From positions 54,314,001-54,374,000 of the forward strand of contig NC_086097.1 in NCBI RefSeq assembly GCF_963921235.1: a stretch of 60,000 nucleotides of DNA. The letters run 5' to 3'. The translations under genes and the position numbers were made by a program. This document shows positions 13,539-27,412 of the stretch, in pieces; position 1 is the stretch's first letter; the number at the start of each line of letters is the position of its first letter. The notes beneath the pieces were generated by a model. The model ran no database searches. It was given only the letters and a program-made list of their open reading frames with translations, and was not told where the DNA came from. This stretch comes from Mobula hypostoma. Taxonomy: Eukaryota.

Positions 13539-15093
13539 TAGTTGCAAAAAAAAAGTTTGTAAGCCCTTTGCAAATACTTGGTTTTCTGCATTAATTACTC
13601 ATAAAATGTGTTCTGATCTTCTTCTAAGTCACAATAATAGACAAGCACAATCTGTCTAAACTAATAACACACAAACAATTGTACTTTTCATGTCTTCATT
13701 GAACACATTGTTTATTCATTCACAGTCTAGGCTGGGGAAAAAGTATGTGAACTCTTTATTTAATTACTGATAGAACCTCCTTTAGCAGCAATAACCTCCA
13801 CTAAATGTTTCCTGTAGCTGCTGATCAAATGTGCACAACGGCGAGAAGGAATTTTGGACCATTCCTCCATAAAAAACTCTTTCAGTTTATCAGTATTTCA
13901 GGGATACCTTGCATTAACAGCCTTCTTCAGGCCAGAGCATCTCAATTGGGTTAAGGTCTGGACTCCTACTTGACCATTCCAAAACACAGATTTTCTTCTT
14001 TTTAAACCATTCTTTTGTTGATTTACTCGTGTTTCAGATCATTGTCTTGTCGCATCATCCAACTTCTATTAAGCTTCAGGTGACGACTGCTACCCTGACA
14101 TTCTCCTGTAAGACGTCTTGATACAATTTTGAATTCATGTTCCCTTAACGACTGTAAGCTGTTCAGGCCCCAAGGCAGCAAAGCAGCCCCAAAACATGAT
14201 GCTCCTTCCACCATGCTTCACAGTTGGGATGAGGTTTTGGTATGCAGTGCCCTTTTTTCTCCAAACATAGTGGTGTGCACTTCTGCCAAAAAGTTCAACT
14301 TTTCTCTCATCTGTCCACTGAACATTATCCCAGAAGCATTGTGAAACATTCAAATTGTCTTCTGCATATTTGAGACGTGCAGCAATGTTTTATTTTTGGA
14401 GGTCAGTGTTTTTTTTCTGTGGTGTCCTTCCATGAACACCATTCTTGTTCAGTGTTTTTCTTACAGTGGACATGAACAGGGACTTTAGCAACTTCCAGAG
14501 ATTTCTGTAGGTCTTCTGCTGTTACCCTTGGGTTCTTTTTCACTTCCTTCAGCATTACATGTTATGCTCTTGGTGTGATCTTTGCTACTCTCCTAGGGTA
14601 GCAATAGTACTGAATTTCCTCCATTTATAGACAATTTCTCTTACTGTAGGCTGATGAACACTCAGGTCTTTAGAAATACTTTTGTAGCCTTTTCCAGCCT
14701 CATGCATCTCTACAATTCTTCTTCCAAGGTCCTCTAAAAGCTGTTTCAAACAAGGCATGATGCACTTGCATATCAGGCTCTGTCAATAACCTGACTTTTG
14801 CACGTCTTTTTTAAGGAGCAGGGCAGCTCTACAACTCAATCTCATCTCATTGATTGGAACACCTGACTCCAAACAGCTTTTGTAGAATACATACTACTTT
14901 GAACCTAGACTATGGTTGTTTAAATGATGTACTCAGCATTGACGGAGAAGTAGTACAATTGTTTGTGTGTTGTTAGTTTAGGCAGATTGTGTTTGTCTAT
15001 TATTGTGACAGATGAAGATCAGCTAACATTCTGAGTAATTAATGCAGAAAACCAAGTAATTGCAAAGGGTTCACAAACTTTTTCTTGCAACTG
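13539..15093 (-). mobile_element. Tc1 DNA transposon, full length, decayed
   Basis: TA flanks; ~150-bp TIRs (agttgcaa...aacaattgtact). Transposase motifs WTDERKVELFG, TVKHGGRSIMFWGCF and QDNDLKH. Confidence 0.93.
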
Positions 15094-17039
15094 TACATCA
15101 GTTTGATGTGACTGAATGACAGAATAGACTCAATTATATACACAAATAAGAAACTCAAAAAATCAAGCTCAATTGCTTTGGATCTTTTTTGACAGTTCAG
15201 TTTTCATTCAGATATGCAAGATGTCGGGAGACATTCAAACAAAGAAAGAACAGGTTATTAACTCACAATGAGCTCCAATTTTCAAGATATTAATCACCAA
15301 TTAACCTTTGTCATTCCTTCCACCATGCCATAGCATCATGGGTACAAAATGATTTGTTTACAGGTAGAAAATAGTAGTTCAGGTTCTTAAAATCTCTGTT
15401 TTTAAAGCAGTAAGTAGTAACTTATTCTTTTGCTCTATTTATGATGCAATTCTAAAATATTAGCATGTTGTAAAAGAAAACAATGGAAAACCATCACGGT
15501 TTTGCTTCTTAGAATATGATGACCTCAGCACTACGAGGGCTAAAAGCAATACCAATATTATTGTCATACTTCCAATTCCAGAATCTACTTGATTCTTTTA
15601 AGGGAAACTTATGAAAATGTTCCTCCATGGGAAAGGAAACAAAATAAATAGATATCAGGTATTGCCCTGCGGTTTGTGAAAGAATCAGTCAAAATGGCCC
15701 AGTATTTTTCTGGATATTATTGATGTGCACCCCTCTGGAAACCACGTATAACTAAAAATTTTACTACTCACTAACTGTATACTGTACATCATGCCTGGAG
15801 CTATAGAACAACCTGGATGTCAGTTTAAAAAATAGCATAATGGAGTTAATGCTCCTTCCACTGGAAGGAAAAATTATTTTTTTTTTAATACAGACTTTCA
15901 TGAGATCTTGCAATAAACCTCCACCACAGATTAACAGAAAATCTTGTAAGCTTTGTTGAAATCCAAAATGTCATATTTAATCAATATTTTTGTAACACAG
16001 AATCACAAGTAGCAGTAATACAAGGCTAAATCAGCCCCTTGAGTGAATCTAGCAATCAATAAGATCTTGTCTGGTCCAATCTTGGTTTATAAACACAATT
16101 TTCCTATGATCCCTCTCATACCCAACAACTCCTCCTTTGTTCAACTATGGGTAATAATATCTGAATAGTTAATGTATCTACCCCCACAGCTCCCTAAAGG
16201 AAAGAACTGCTGAGTCACAATCTGAAATGTGTGAAACTATGCCTGATTCTAGATACTCCCCATTAATAATTCTCCAAACATTCACTTTGTCAATCAAGGA
16301 TCTTGTCTTTCAATATGATCACCTCCCATTTTTTTCTTTGCTCCAACAAGTATTGTCACAATCTCCTCAACCTTTCTTCATGTCAATCCTGTCATTCCAA
16401 GAATTAAACCGGTGAATCTTCACTACATTGTCTCTAAAGCAAAAACAAACATTGCTTAAGCCCGCAGAACAAAGCTGCACATAATCCTCCAGATGTAGTT
16501 TCATTAGCATCCTGCAAAGTTGCATGAAAACTCACCTATGGTTGTACTCCATGCTCTTTGTAACAAAGGTCAACATTCAACCAGCCTTCCTAATTATTTG
16601 CTGACATCGCCTGCTGACACTGTGTTTCATGTATAGTAAAATACTGATGATCTGCTATCTGACTCTTCAGGAATCCCAATGGTTCAACTTGTCTCACAGC
16701 TGACATTTCCCCACACTGGCCTGGCACTTTATACTAGAGCACTTTAAACATACTGGAATCACTGCAATATTTAATACAATATAATGTAGTATCTTAAAAA
16801 TAAAAGTGAATTAAAATTGCGTGGGATAGCACGTTATTTAAAATGGCATGAGCTACAAAATGTTGCAATGCACAGGGATCTGGAATCCTAGTAAAACATC
16901 AATTATTGCACATGTTTGGGACTATGGTGGTGCCACGCTGTCAAAAGTCCCCTTTATCCTACAGATAATGAAATCTGTTAGATACATGGACTTGAGGTTC
17001 TCAATACTATCCTGAATGCTTATTCTCATATTGAGGGAT

Positions 17040-18215
17040 TATGGTGAGGATGTTACATTTTTTGATGGAGACTGAGAACATTGGTATTGTAGATAGTGTA
17101 GATGACTGGCAAAGAATACAGTGGGATATAGATCAGTTGCAGATAAGGGCAGTGAAATTGTAAATGGAGCTTAACGCACCTAAATGTGAGATGTTGCAGC
17201 TTGGTAAATCAAATGTAATGAGACAGTACAATATTAACTGCAAGACCCCTAACAGTGTTGATGAGCAGCGGAATCTTGGGGGTCTAAGTTCATAGCTCCC
17301 TGAAAGTGATTACATAGGTTGATAGGGTTATTGAGATACAGCACAGGATAGACTCTCCTGGCCCTTCAAGCTTCGCCGCCCAGCAAACCCCAATTTAATC
17401 CAAGCCTAATTTACATTGACCAATTAACCTACAATGGTAAGTCTTCGGACTCTGGGAGGAAACTGGAGCACCCAGAGGAAACCCATGCGGTCACAGGGAG
17501 AATGTACAAACTCCTTAAAGGGCAACAGTGGAAAAAACCTAAGTCGCTGGTAACGTAAAGCATTGTGCTAACCACTACGCTACCATGCTGCCCTTTATTA
17601 TGGCATGCTTGCCCTTATTAGTTGAGGAATTGAGTTCAAAAGTCAGGAAATTATGTTCCAGCTTTATGAAATTTTTGTTAGGCCGCACTTGGAGCATTGT
17701 ACAGAGTTCTGGTTGCCCAGTTATAGAAAGGATATCAAAGCTTTGGCGAGGGCGCAGAAGTAGTTTACCAGGATGCTGCATGGATTAGAGGGCATGTGCA
17801 ATAATGAAAAGTTAGATAAACATTCTCTGGAGCGGTGTAGGCTGAGGGGAGATCTGATAAAGGTTTCTGATTATGAGAGGCATAGATGGTCAGACAGCAT
17901 CTTCTTCCCAGGGTTGAAGTATCCAAAACCAGAAGCATGCACTTAAGGAGAGAGGAGGTAAATCCAGAGATGCGAGGGGCAAATTATTTATTTGTATAGA
18001 CAGACAGTGGTGGACGCACTGGAATGGTGGTAAAGGCAAATATATTAGGGACTTTTAAGATAGATTTAGATGGGCACATGAATGTGAGGGAAATGGAAGG
18101 ATATGGTTATTATATAGGCAGAAGGGATTAGTTTAGTTTGCTATTCAATTACTGATTTAATTGACCTGACACAATATTGTGGGCTGAAGGGCCTGTTTCT
18201 GTGCTGTACTGTTTT
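17040..18215 (+). mobile_element. CR1 3' fragment interrupted by a SINE
   Basis: gttaggccgcacttggagcattgtacagagttctgg and the 3' tail gggctgaagggcctgtttctgtgctgta. Confidence 0.8.
17331..17592 (-). mobile_element. V-SINE (HE1-like)
   Basis: V-domain-like gggaggaaactggagcacccagaggaaacccatgcggtcacagggagaatgtacaaactcc. Confidence 0.78.
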
Positions 18216-18329
18216 ATGTTCTATTCCTGAAAAGTTTCCTGTCCATCTGTTGACATCTTACTATGACAGAAGTCAAAATTGAACATGTGTTCAGGCAAAC
18301 AAATGATGCGGCCCACCCATCAAAACAGA

Positions 18330-18726
18330 CAGAGCGTAAATGAGGCCCCAATGCTGGGAGAGGACCCAAGATAAAGTGAAAAGATTTTATTTGCACGAAA
18401 CTAGACAGATCAATCCGTACATAGTAAAACAGGAACACAGAATGCAAAACGCAGTATTTGTTAAAAAGCAAATCCAGTGCAGATAGACAAAAATGGCAAA
18501 AGCTACAGTGATGTAGATTGGGAGATCAACAGTTCATCTTTATGATACAAGAAGTCAGGTTCAATAATCAAATAACACAAGGATAGAAGCTGTCCTTCAA
18601 CCTGGTTATACATGCTATCAAACGTTTGTGAACTCTGTCCAACAGGAATGGGGAGAAGAGAGAATGACCATTGCGGAGGGGTCCTTGATAATGCTGGCAG
18701 CTTTCCCGAAACAGTGGAAAGTGTAA
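18330..18726 (-). mobile_element. Rex/Babar 3' fragment
   Basis: Translates to GHSLFSPF...ITRLKDSFYPCVI. Confidence 0.65.
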
Positions 18727-19346
18727 ACACAAGACACTACAGATTCTGGCATCTAGACCAATAAACAAAGTGGAAAGTGTAATCCGAATAAAGACTTTTA
18801 TGCTTCCCAGTTACAGCTTCCATGTCACTCAGTTTTATTCAGTCACAACAGATTCTATACTATTGCTCAAAGCAATCCCATTTCCTCACTATTTTCCCCT
18901 GAAACATGTCTTGTCCACATTCCCATACATGTTCAATCTGATACAATTTTAACTACTGAAAGTCATCATTTACATTTGCATAATGACAGCAACTTTATTG
19001 TTGGTCTTAAAATTCCAAGAATAAATGCAAGACCGGATTCAAATCTAAATATTTTTATATTAACAGCTCAATTATCACATTTTCATGAATTAAATTTCTT
19101 ATTCTGATGTCTACTGCACTTATAAGTTATCCAAATGTTGGTCTTTAAATATTCCTATCTAAAAATTGATAAGATCATCTGTTGGGCTATAAATGAAAAA
19201 TCACATGGAACAAAGACACAGAACAAAGTTTTACCAAAACTGCAAATAAACTAACAAATAAATGATGTGTAACTAATATGGTAAATTCAATTACTGATAC
19301 AAAAAGAAAATACACAAATGTAAAATACCAGACAATATTAACTTAC

Positions 19347-19459
19347 CTCCAAATATGATAGCCCAGCAATGGCATATTGAGACCAAGTGTAAGCCATTCA
19401 GATGCACAGAGAAACATGACACAGAAGAAGGCATGGATAAGGTACTCGGGAAGTACCAG
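19347..19459 (-). CDS. CNIH1: CNIH1 exon 3 ([38 protein letters not shown])
   Basis: ttttcag acceptor and gtaagt donor; 113 bp. Confidence 0.97.
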
Positions 19460-21602
19460 CTGAAAAGAAAATCCTAAAATGAGTATGCTTTATTATATTT
19501 GCTTACAGTTCTAAAAGCTGGGCAAAAAATCCTAATCTTTTGTTTTATGTAACTATCCTATAGCAAGAGATTTTCATAGTTACCAAAGCAATAGAGTTTT
19601 CCAGTGGGGCTCATTTTGAATAGAAAGGATTAATTATTAAAAGTGCTCTCTCTGGTGCTCAGTAAAACAGATTAAAATATTGCTATTTTAATTATGGGCA
19701 CCAGAGTTCATTCAGCCAGAGTAAAGAAATTTAAAGTATTTTCTTTGCTAGTTTTACGAGTTCCAGAAGTCTCAATTTAGTTCTGAATATTTGCAAATCC
19801 ATAATACTAACTATAATCCAGCACCAATCAGTGTCAAATTAGCAATTTCAAACACCACAGGGAAGTTGAAAGACTTTATCAAGGACCTATCCATCCCATG
19901 TAAAATGTGTCATTTACCAACACTGTTTGAAATATGGGAAAACAGGTTAGATCATACCCTATACATATAAAAATAAACTGCATGGAATTAAAAGGAAATA
20001 AAAACATGCATTTCAATTGAAAAGAAGAATAAAAATAAAATTTTCTAAAGAAGCATTTACATGCCTTGTCCAGGTTGTAAATGTGATGAGAGGCAAGCAT
20101 GGCAGAGCAACAGAAGCAGCACAGAATGGTTCTATCATATCTCATTCAAATTACAGAGTTATCAGAGCATACAAAGGAATAGCAGCTTGGAGTAAAACAA
20201 CACATGGGACATCTGTACAACATGCAAAGCTATGTAACAGTTAACTGTCAGTATTTTAGAAAACTTGTTCCTAAAAGAACTTTAATCCCTGAAACACAAC
20301 CAAAGTCTGTGATGCAAACCAAGTCACAGTGACCCCATATAACATCAGAATATGCCATTTCAAGGGCTGACTGCCCTGCAATCATGTCAATCTTCAAACC
20401 TCAGAACTTCAATTGGGAGCATTTGAGAGCTTAATAAAGTCAAGCATTTCAGGATTTATTTTAGAACAGTACAAGGTGCATATAAAAAGTGATACAAGTA
20501 TAGAGGATAAAAAAGTGAAAATAATGTGAAAAACTAATTGAAATTATATTTATGATTATAATTGTTTTTCTGCCTCAAATTTTGAATATGAGTTTTGTAT
20601 TCATCAAACTAGGAAAACGACAGGAGGCACAAGCAAAAAACAGAAATGGACAGTAAGTAAGTGCAGGGCAGAATATGAAGGGACAGAACTACGGAAAAAC
20701 TCTTTCTTTACAGCAGCACATGATAAACAAAAAAAGCCATACCAGATGTTAACACTAAATATTGCTGAAAGTCAAGAATTATCAAGGTGTAGAGGTGAAA
20801 TTGAAAAATTAAGACTGCATGTAAATATAACAACAGGTAAGATCACAGAACCTTCCTGAACTGACAAACAGAAAGAGGATAATCAAGGAAAGAGTAGGAA
20901 GGGCATACTTGAGATTGAAAATAAACCTCGTGTGCGGGGGAAATAACACCTGAATTAGTACCTGCTTTTGGCTTCACAAGAGGAGAGAGATACAAAAAAT
21001 ATTAAAGAGAATACACAGTATGCAATGTTGGCTTTCATAAATATAGCAATAAGTATAAACAGTTACTATTTTTGAAAGCAGAAAAATTGCAAGGCCAGAA
21101 TGGAGTTAAAAGCAACTGTGGTAGTCTGGGAAATAAAGTGACAGAGTAACAGAATACAAAATAATATCAAAATGTTTTTTCTGAGCACAGGGAAGTATCC
21201 CAGAGGTCAGAACTGGTGCCACTCTTCTTCTAAATCCATATAATTATCTAGGCTTGGATGTAAAGACATTATTTCCAGATCTACAGATGACACAAAACAA
21301 GGCACAATGAACTATGAATGTAATTATTAAGTTTTGTTTCAGAAGAACACAATGAAGATGGGGTACAAAAGCATAGAAATTGGTCCCATTTGGGTAGGAG
21401 ACAAGGTATGTGAACAATCCACTGAAAGTGAACAGGATGAGAGAATGAATTAAAGGTAAAACATCATGAAAGAATATTAAACCATAAGCTACACTTCTGC
21501 CACAAAAGAAACAGCATGTCTACTTTTGAGCACCACAATTTTGGAGCAATATGAAAGGTCTGGACAACGGAAATTTGGTGAAATAATTTTGGGGTTAGGT
21601 AT

Positions 21603-22492
21603 TGTAATGCCCTGATTAAGATTTCTACTGATATGCTAAGAGGTATTTTATTTTAGCAGTTTTGTGCAAAAGCAGTGTGTTCTGCTGTTAAATGTTTTGA
21701 CCGGCTAAAGATAAAGGAGCCATGTTGTCCAACCTAGGTTTGTTGTGTCAGCCAATCAGGATTGAAGGACGTTCTAGAGAACTGGGCGGGAAGAGATTTC
21801 TCATGGACAGTAGTCTGGTTTGTTGCCTTTTAGCAGGAGCTGTGGAGCAGGGCAGAAGGGAAGATGGGGCAGAATGCCATTGGAAGAAGTGCTTTGTGCA
21901 GGTGAATAGCTCCAAGGAGGAAGGGTCAATACTCCTGAGAGAGCTTGTTCATTCGAGATGGTCTTTAAAGGAAATTCAGACTGTGGCACGTGCTTTCACA
22001 CAGAGAGTGGCTACAGCGCATGAGGAAAGAGTAGGAAGGGCATACTTAAGATGGAAAATAAACCTTGAGTGTGGGGAAAATAACTTCTGAATTAATACCT
22101 GCTTTTGTCTTCACAACAGGAGAGAGATACTACTCCAGAAATGAGCTCCACTGTTTATATGCACATTGGACTGGTTTAACTGTAATGGGGCCTTTATTTT
22201 TCTTTTCTTTTCCCTATAACTGTATATTTGGTAAGTACTTATGCTGGTGCACAATGTGTCATTTCTGGGCTACTGATAACTCTGTATGAGCAGTATTTAC
22301 ACAGCATTCGCTCAAATCAAGGAGCCTTTAATGGGAACATCCTGATATTCTTGTTGGCTGAACCCCAAATCATGCCAACCCTAGACATATATAGCTTATG
22401 AAAGGCAGCGTTCTCACTACTGAATCACATGGTTGTTAGTAGAGTTAGCTAACGAACCAAGTTGATGTACGAGGCCCGGTGAGAGGGTTACA
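21603..22492. mobile_element. Probable solo LTR (890 bp)
   Basis: TGTAA...TTACA termini; 4-bp flanks GTAT/GTAC; CCAAT (~21752) and GGGCGG (~21784) boxes; appears to interrupt an old CR1. Confidence 0.72.
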
Positions 22493-23881
22493 GTACTTTA
22501 GTTAAAGTGGAGCAGAAGTAATTCTCAGGACAGAGAGGGAAGAGGGGGCTTATAGATGTATTTGCAGTCCTAAAGGATAGAGGCATAAATCAAAACTGAT
22601 TAATTGGCAAAGGGGTCAAGACTAGGGGTTATACAAGAACACAAAATAAACAGGAGCAGGAATTGGTTGGTTGCTCACCATTCAAAAAGGTCAAGGCTGA
22701 TCCAGTCTTGGCTTCATCACCACTTTCTTCTCTCCCTTTACCCTATTATAGCTATAATGTTTGTCAATCTCCATTTTAAATGCATTTAATGACTTACAGC
22801 TCTCTGGGACAGAAAATGGGAACTCCCTTAATCTGAAGCTATGTTTTAGACATCCTCACCAAAGGAATCATTCCAGCATCCACCCTGTCAATCCGTCATC
22901 AAAACCTTAAGGGTTTCATAGAGATCAATCATCATACTCAAATGAGTACAGACCCAACCTTTCTTCACATGACAACACTTTCATTACAGGAAAAAAAACA
23001 TAATAAACCTTCCCTGCACTGCCTTTAACGTGAGCACATTCTTCCTCAAATAATGGAGGACAAAACAATGTACTGTACTCCAGTTGCTATCTTACCAGTG
23101 TTTTGTAAAGTCGCGTAAAATCCTCCTTACTTTTACACTCCACAATGATTTCTAATAGACCGGCATTCCATCAGCCTTGCTAATTATTTTCTGTGCTTGC
23201 ATGCCAACTGTTTCAACTACCTCATGTACCGTATGTTAGATTCTTTTGTATCTTTAGTAAATTTGGCTGCTGTAGATTTAGCCCTTTCATCCAGATCTTC
23301 AATATAGACTTCCATAACTCACGAGGCACATAATAGTTATTGATTGCCAACTCAAAAGTATCCCATTTATCCTAAATGAGTTTTCTGTTACCTGCCTATG
23401 CTTTCTATTACCCACCCCATCCCTGTGTGTCTGTCTCTTCTGCAGCAACGTCTTGTGGCTCTTTGTTGAAGCCTTCTAGAAAACCCAACTGATTGAGTGA
23501 AGTGAGTCTATTAAAAACATTTTGGAGAAATGTATAAAATAACCAGAAAACCTAAATAATTAAAAAGATTCTTGCAACCAAAACTCTCCTTCATACCTGT
23601 TTTAAAAAAAAGAAAAAATTCTATTGAAATGAATGTGCTTACAGAGCCTAGACATGGTCTAATCTGTGCAGTACTCATGAGCCTTAATACAGGTGCTGGG
23701 GATAAGATATTGTACAACTTAGTATAAAAATATGGATCCAGAAAACATGTTTAAATGTTTGCAAATGAAAGAGATGAGGAAGTATTTTGTGCCAAAATGG
23801 TGATGGAATGTTGAGTTCACACGTTAAAAGAATGATAGGTGAAACCCATCTCACATTTTACAGAGATCTTGCTTATAAAAT

Positions 23882-24655
23882 TGAAATTCAAGATGTTTTA
23901 TGTCATTTCCCATACACAAGTGTGTAAAGAAATAATTGTTACTCTGGATCTGATGCAGCGCAAAACAAAAACCCCACAAAAGGTAACTAACACAATAATT
24001 AAAAAACACACAATAAATATAAATACATAAGACAGCTTATATACATAGACTGATTGAATGTTCATAAGGTGACACTAAGTTGTACATAAGGTGACTGCCA
24101 GGAAGTAATAAGGTAGTGGAGTTAGTGGGTGGAGTTGTTGATCAGCCTTACTGTCCAGGAAAGTAACTTAAGTCTGGCAGTCATAGTGTGGATATTACGT
24201 AGCCTCTTCCCTGATGGGAGTGGGACAAGTAGTCCATGAGCAGGATGGGTGAGATCCTCCATATGTTATTGGCATTTTTTCAGCACCTTTCTATATACAT
24301 GTCCTTGAAGGCAGGTAGGCTGGTACCAGTGATGTGTTGGCCAGTTTTGACTACCTGTTGTAAAGCCTTAATGTCCACCGGTGTAGTTTCCATACCAAGC
24401 AGTGATGCAGCTTGTTAGGATGCTCCCTACTGCATATCTGTAGAATGACTTGAGTATGGATGTGCAAAATCCAACTCTCTTCAGCCTCCTCAGGAGGCAG
24501 TGGCGAGCTTTCTTGACTGTGCGGGATATGTTCTGGGACCATGAGAGGTTGCGTGTGATGTGCACTCCCAGCGATTTCTACTGCTGTGCAGCCAATGTAA
24601 GGGAGGTGTGAGTGGTGCGAGATCTCCTAAAGTTGATAACCATCTCCTCTGTCCT
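23882..24655 (-). mobile_element. Rex/Babar RT C-terminal fragment
   Basis: Translates to LSWSQNISRTVKKARHCLLRRLK...SILTSCITAWYGN. Confidence 0.82.
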
Positions 24656-25589
24656 ATCGATACTATGGAACAGGTCATAATCTACAAGGCACGATCAAGA
24701 GCAAGGAAGTTATTACAGACATAATGGACCAAGTGTCATCCTCCTGTGCCAGAAAAGTCTGATTCTCTCCATTAGAATGTTCTGTCAATGTTTTTCAGTA
24801 TTTTTCATAATTAAATTGTTCATATTGTTGAGATAACATATTCTGTTTTATTTTAGTTTCTCGTTCCTTATCAGTTGCTACATTAGAAATGACTTAAATA
24901 AAAGAACCCTCAAGCAAATACAACATCCTGAGTTCTAGTTAACAGCAGAAAGCCAAGGTCAAGCTGAACCCCTGTTCACAGCATGCACAAGCATTGCCAA
25001 AAACAAAATGTGAATTGACAACATTATGATAGTGACTACAAATCTCATTCACTGACGAATGAGTCAAGTATCTGGCCATCATTTATTATCAGGAAATTAC
25101 ATATTTCCACAATACCATCAGTCCCATTGGTTAGCTGTTTCTTTAAAAATGGTGGATCAAGATCAGTGCTTTTCCACCCATTTTTTAAGCAGTACAGGTG
25201 CCAGAGTCTGACTGTGGTTGGGCAAGTAATACTTTAATTTACTTAACACAATGAAAAATACATTACTCCAGTGAATATAATATTCAAAACTACACCAAGG
25301 TGCAACTAGCTGGTCAGTGAATAAATGCACTGTATGAAAAGGTACAGCAAGACTCATATCTTGTTTGAGACTCAGATCAATCCCTGGTCTGTATTAATGT
25401 AAAGTTAGAAAACAACAGCTTGCTTCAAATAGAGGGGGAAAAAAACTGAACAGAAATAACTCCGGAGTTCAGGGTAAGCATGATAAAATAGAATTGCTGT
25501 TCAGTTTTAGCACTCCTCCCAAAAAAATAACGATGGATTACAATTTTTGCGCAAAATATTATGAACATATAAACAGAAATAAAATTTTA

Positions 25590-26172
25590 GACAACACGTA
25601 CAAAATGCTGGAAGAACTCAGCAGGTCAGGCAGCATCTATGGAAATGAAAAAACCGTCAACGTTTTGGGCCAAGACCCTTCCTTAGGACTGGAAAGAAAG
25701 GGGGAGATGACAGAATAAAACGTGGTGGGGGGGGGAGTGAGGAGAAGGAGGATAGCTAGAAGGTGATAGGTGAAGCCAGATGGATAGGAAAGGTAAAGAG
25801 CTGAAGATGAAGGAACCTGATAGGAAAGGAGAGTGGACCACAGGAGTAAGGGGAGGAGGGCCCTAGGGGGAGATGGTAGGCAGGTGAGAAGAGGGGAGGG
25901 GGAGGGAATTTCTTTTACTGGAAGGAGCAATCTATATTCACGTCATCAGGTTGGAAGCTACTCAGACTGAACATAAGGTGCTGCTTCTCTACCCTGAGGG
26001 TGTCCTCATCGTGGCACAAGAGGCGACTATGGACTGACACGTCAGAACATGACCGGGAATCGGAATTAAAATGTTTGGCCACCAGGAAGTTCCACTTTTG
26101 GCAGATGGAGTGGAAGTGCTTGACAAAGCAGCCTCACAATTTACAATAGGTCTCACCAATGTAGAGGAGGCT
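25590..26172 (-). mobile_element. 5'-truncated Penelope-like element
   Basis: GIY-YIG tail remnant, pyrimidine tract and a degenerate hammerhead at about 25655-25692. Confidence 0.82.
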
Positions 26173-27004
26173 GATACTTTCTTGAAATTTCGACTTCTAC
26201 TACATGTCCATTTGTTATTCAGCAATCATATAAAATATTTTTTAAAAATTTTTTCCTCCTGGTTTGCAATACAAGAATTCTTTAACATGATTGATTCCTT
26301 GAATAACTGAATACTAAAGACCATCTTTGAGCTTGCAAGTGTAGTGACCAATATCAGAAGATGCCTCAACAGATTTTTTAATGGGCAAATTTCTTCATAT
26401 TTAGTAGAAAGTGTTATTGACTTGTGACAGCAACAAAGCCATTTAAAGGAAAAAAGAAAACTATCTAGAAAAGAAAGCAATAGCACACATTTAACACTGA
26501 GCAATGATATTTTACTATGAAATTAGCAGCAACCTTGGGATTCTTCCAGACAAATCATTCTATGCAGAGATCCTAAAAACTGCCAGTGATGCACAGAAGC
26601 ATGCGTCTTCAGGCTGCGTTGTTCATAGCTTTGCCTCATTGATATGAAGGGAATTTTTAAAAAATCACTTGAATCAAAGACATGACTTTAATCCACTTGC
26701 AAACCAGGCTCTTTCTAAAATATGGTGCTTTATAGCACAAGGTTTTTGTAAACATGCTTTACAAAATGTAAACATTCCCAAGTATCATTACTTCTTAATA
26801 ATCAATTTGGCCCTACAAGATCTTATTAACGGTTATAACCAAATATGAATTTTTTGGTCAAAGGATTTTGATGTGATTTTAAATAATGTCTATGGTATTT
26901 CTGCTAATCCTGTACATTATAATCTTCATTTAACACACAATATTGAAAAAGTTAAAGAAAACTTTTGTTCCTGAATGGCTGTTCAGAGCAATCAATAACC
27001 AACA

Positions 27005-27412
27005 GACCATCAAGGATCACCCCACCCCGTCATCCAGGCCATGTTCTCCTCGCTTACACCATCGGGCAGGAAGTACAGGAGCTTTTAAGTCCCACACCAC
27101 CAGGTTCAGAAACAGTTATTACCACACAACCATCAGCCTCATGAACCGGTGTGAATAACTTCATTCAACAAAACTCTGAACTGATTCCACAACCTAGACT
27201 CACCTTCAAGGACTCTACAAGTCATGCTCTCAGTATTATTTTTTTTTTATTTGCACAATTGTGCAAATCTTTTGCATAGTGAATGTTTGTTAGTTTTTAT
27301 GTATGTTTTCATAATTTCTATTGTATTTATTTTCCTGTAAATGCACGCAAGAAAATGAATCTCAAGGTAGCGCATTTATGATAACACGTACATAGATAAT
27401 AAATTTACTTAG
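27005..27412 (+). mobile_element. Rex/Babar 3' end
   Basis: Translates to HTTRFRNSYY; 3'UTR contains gcaagaaaatgaatctcaagg...aataaatttactt. Confidence 0.72.

Noticed and set aside
21722..22090. 122-aa ORF in the LTR
   Set aside because: No recognisable domain; it lies within a non-coding repeat.
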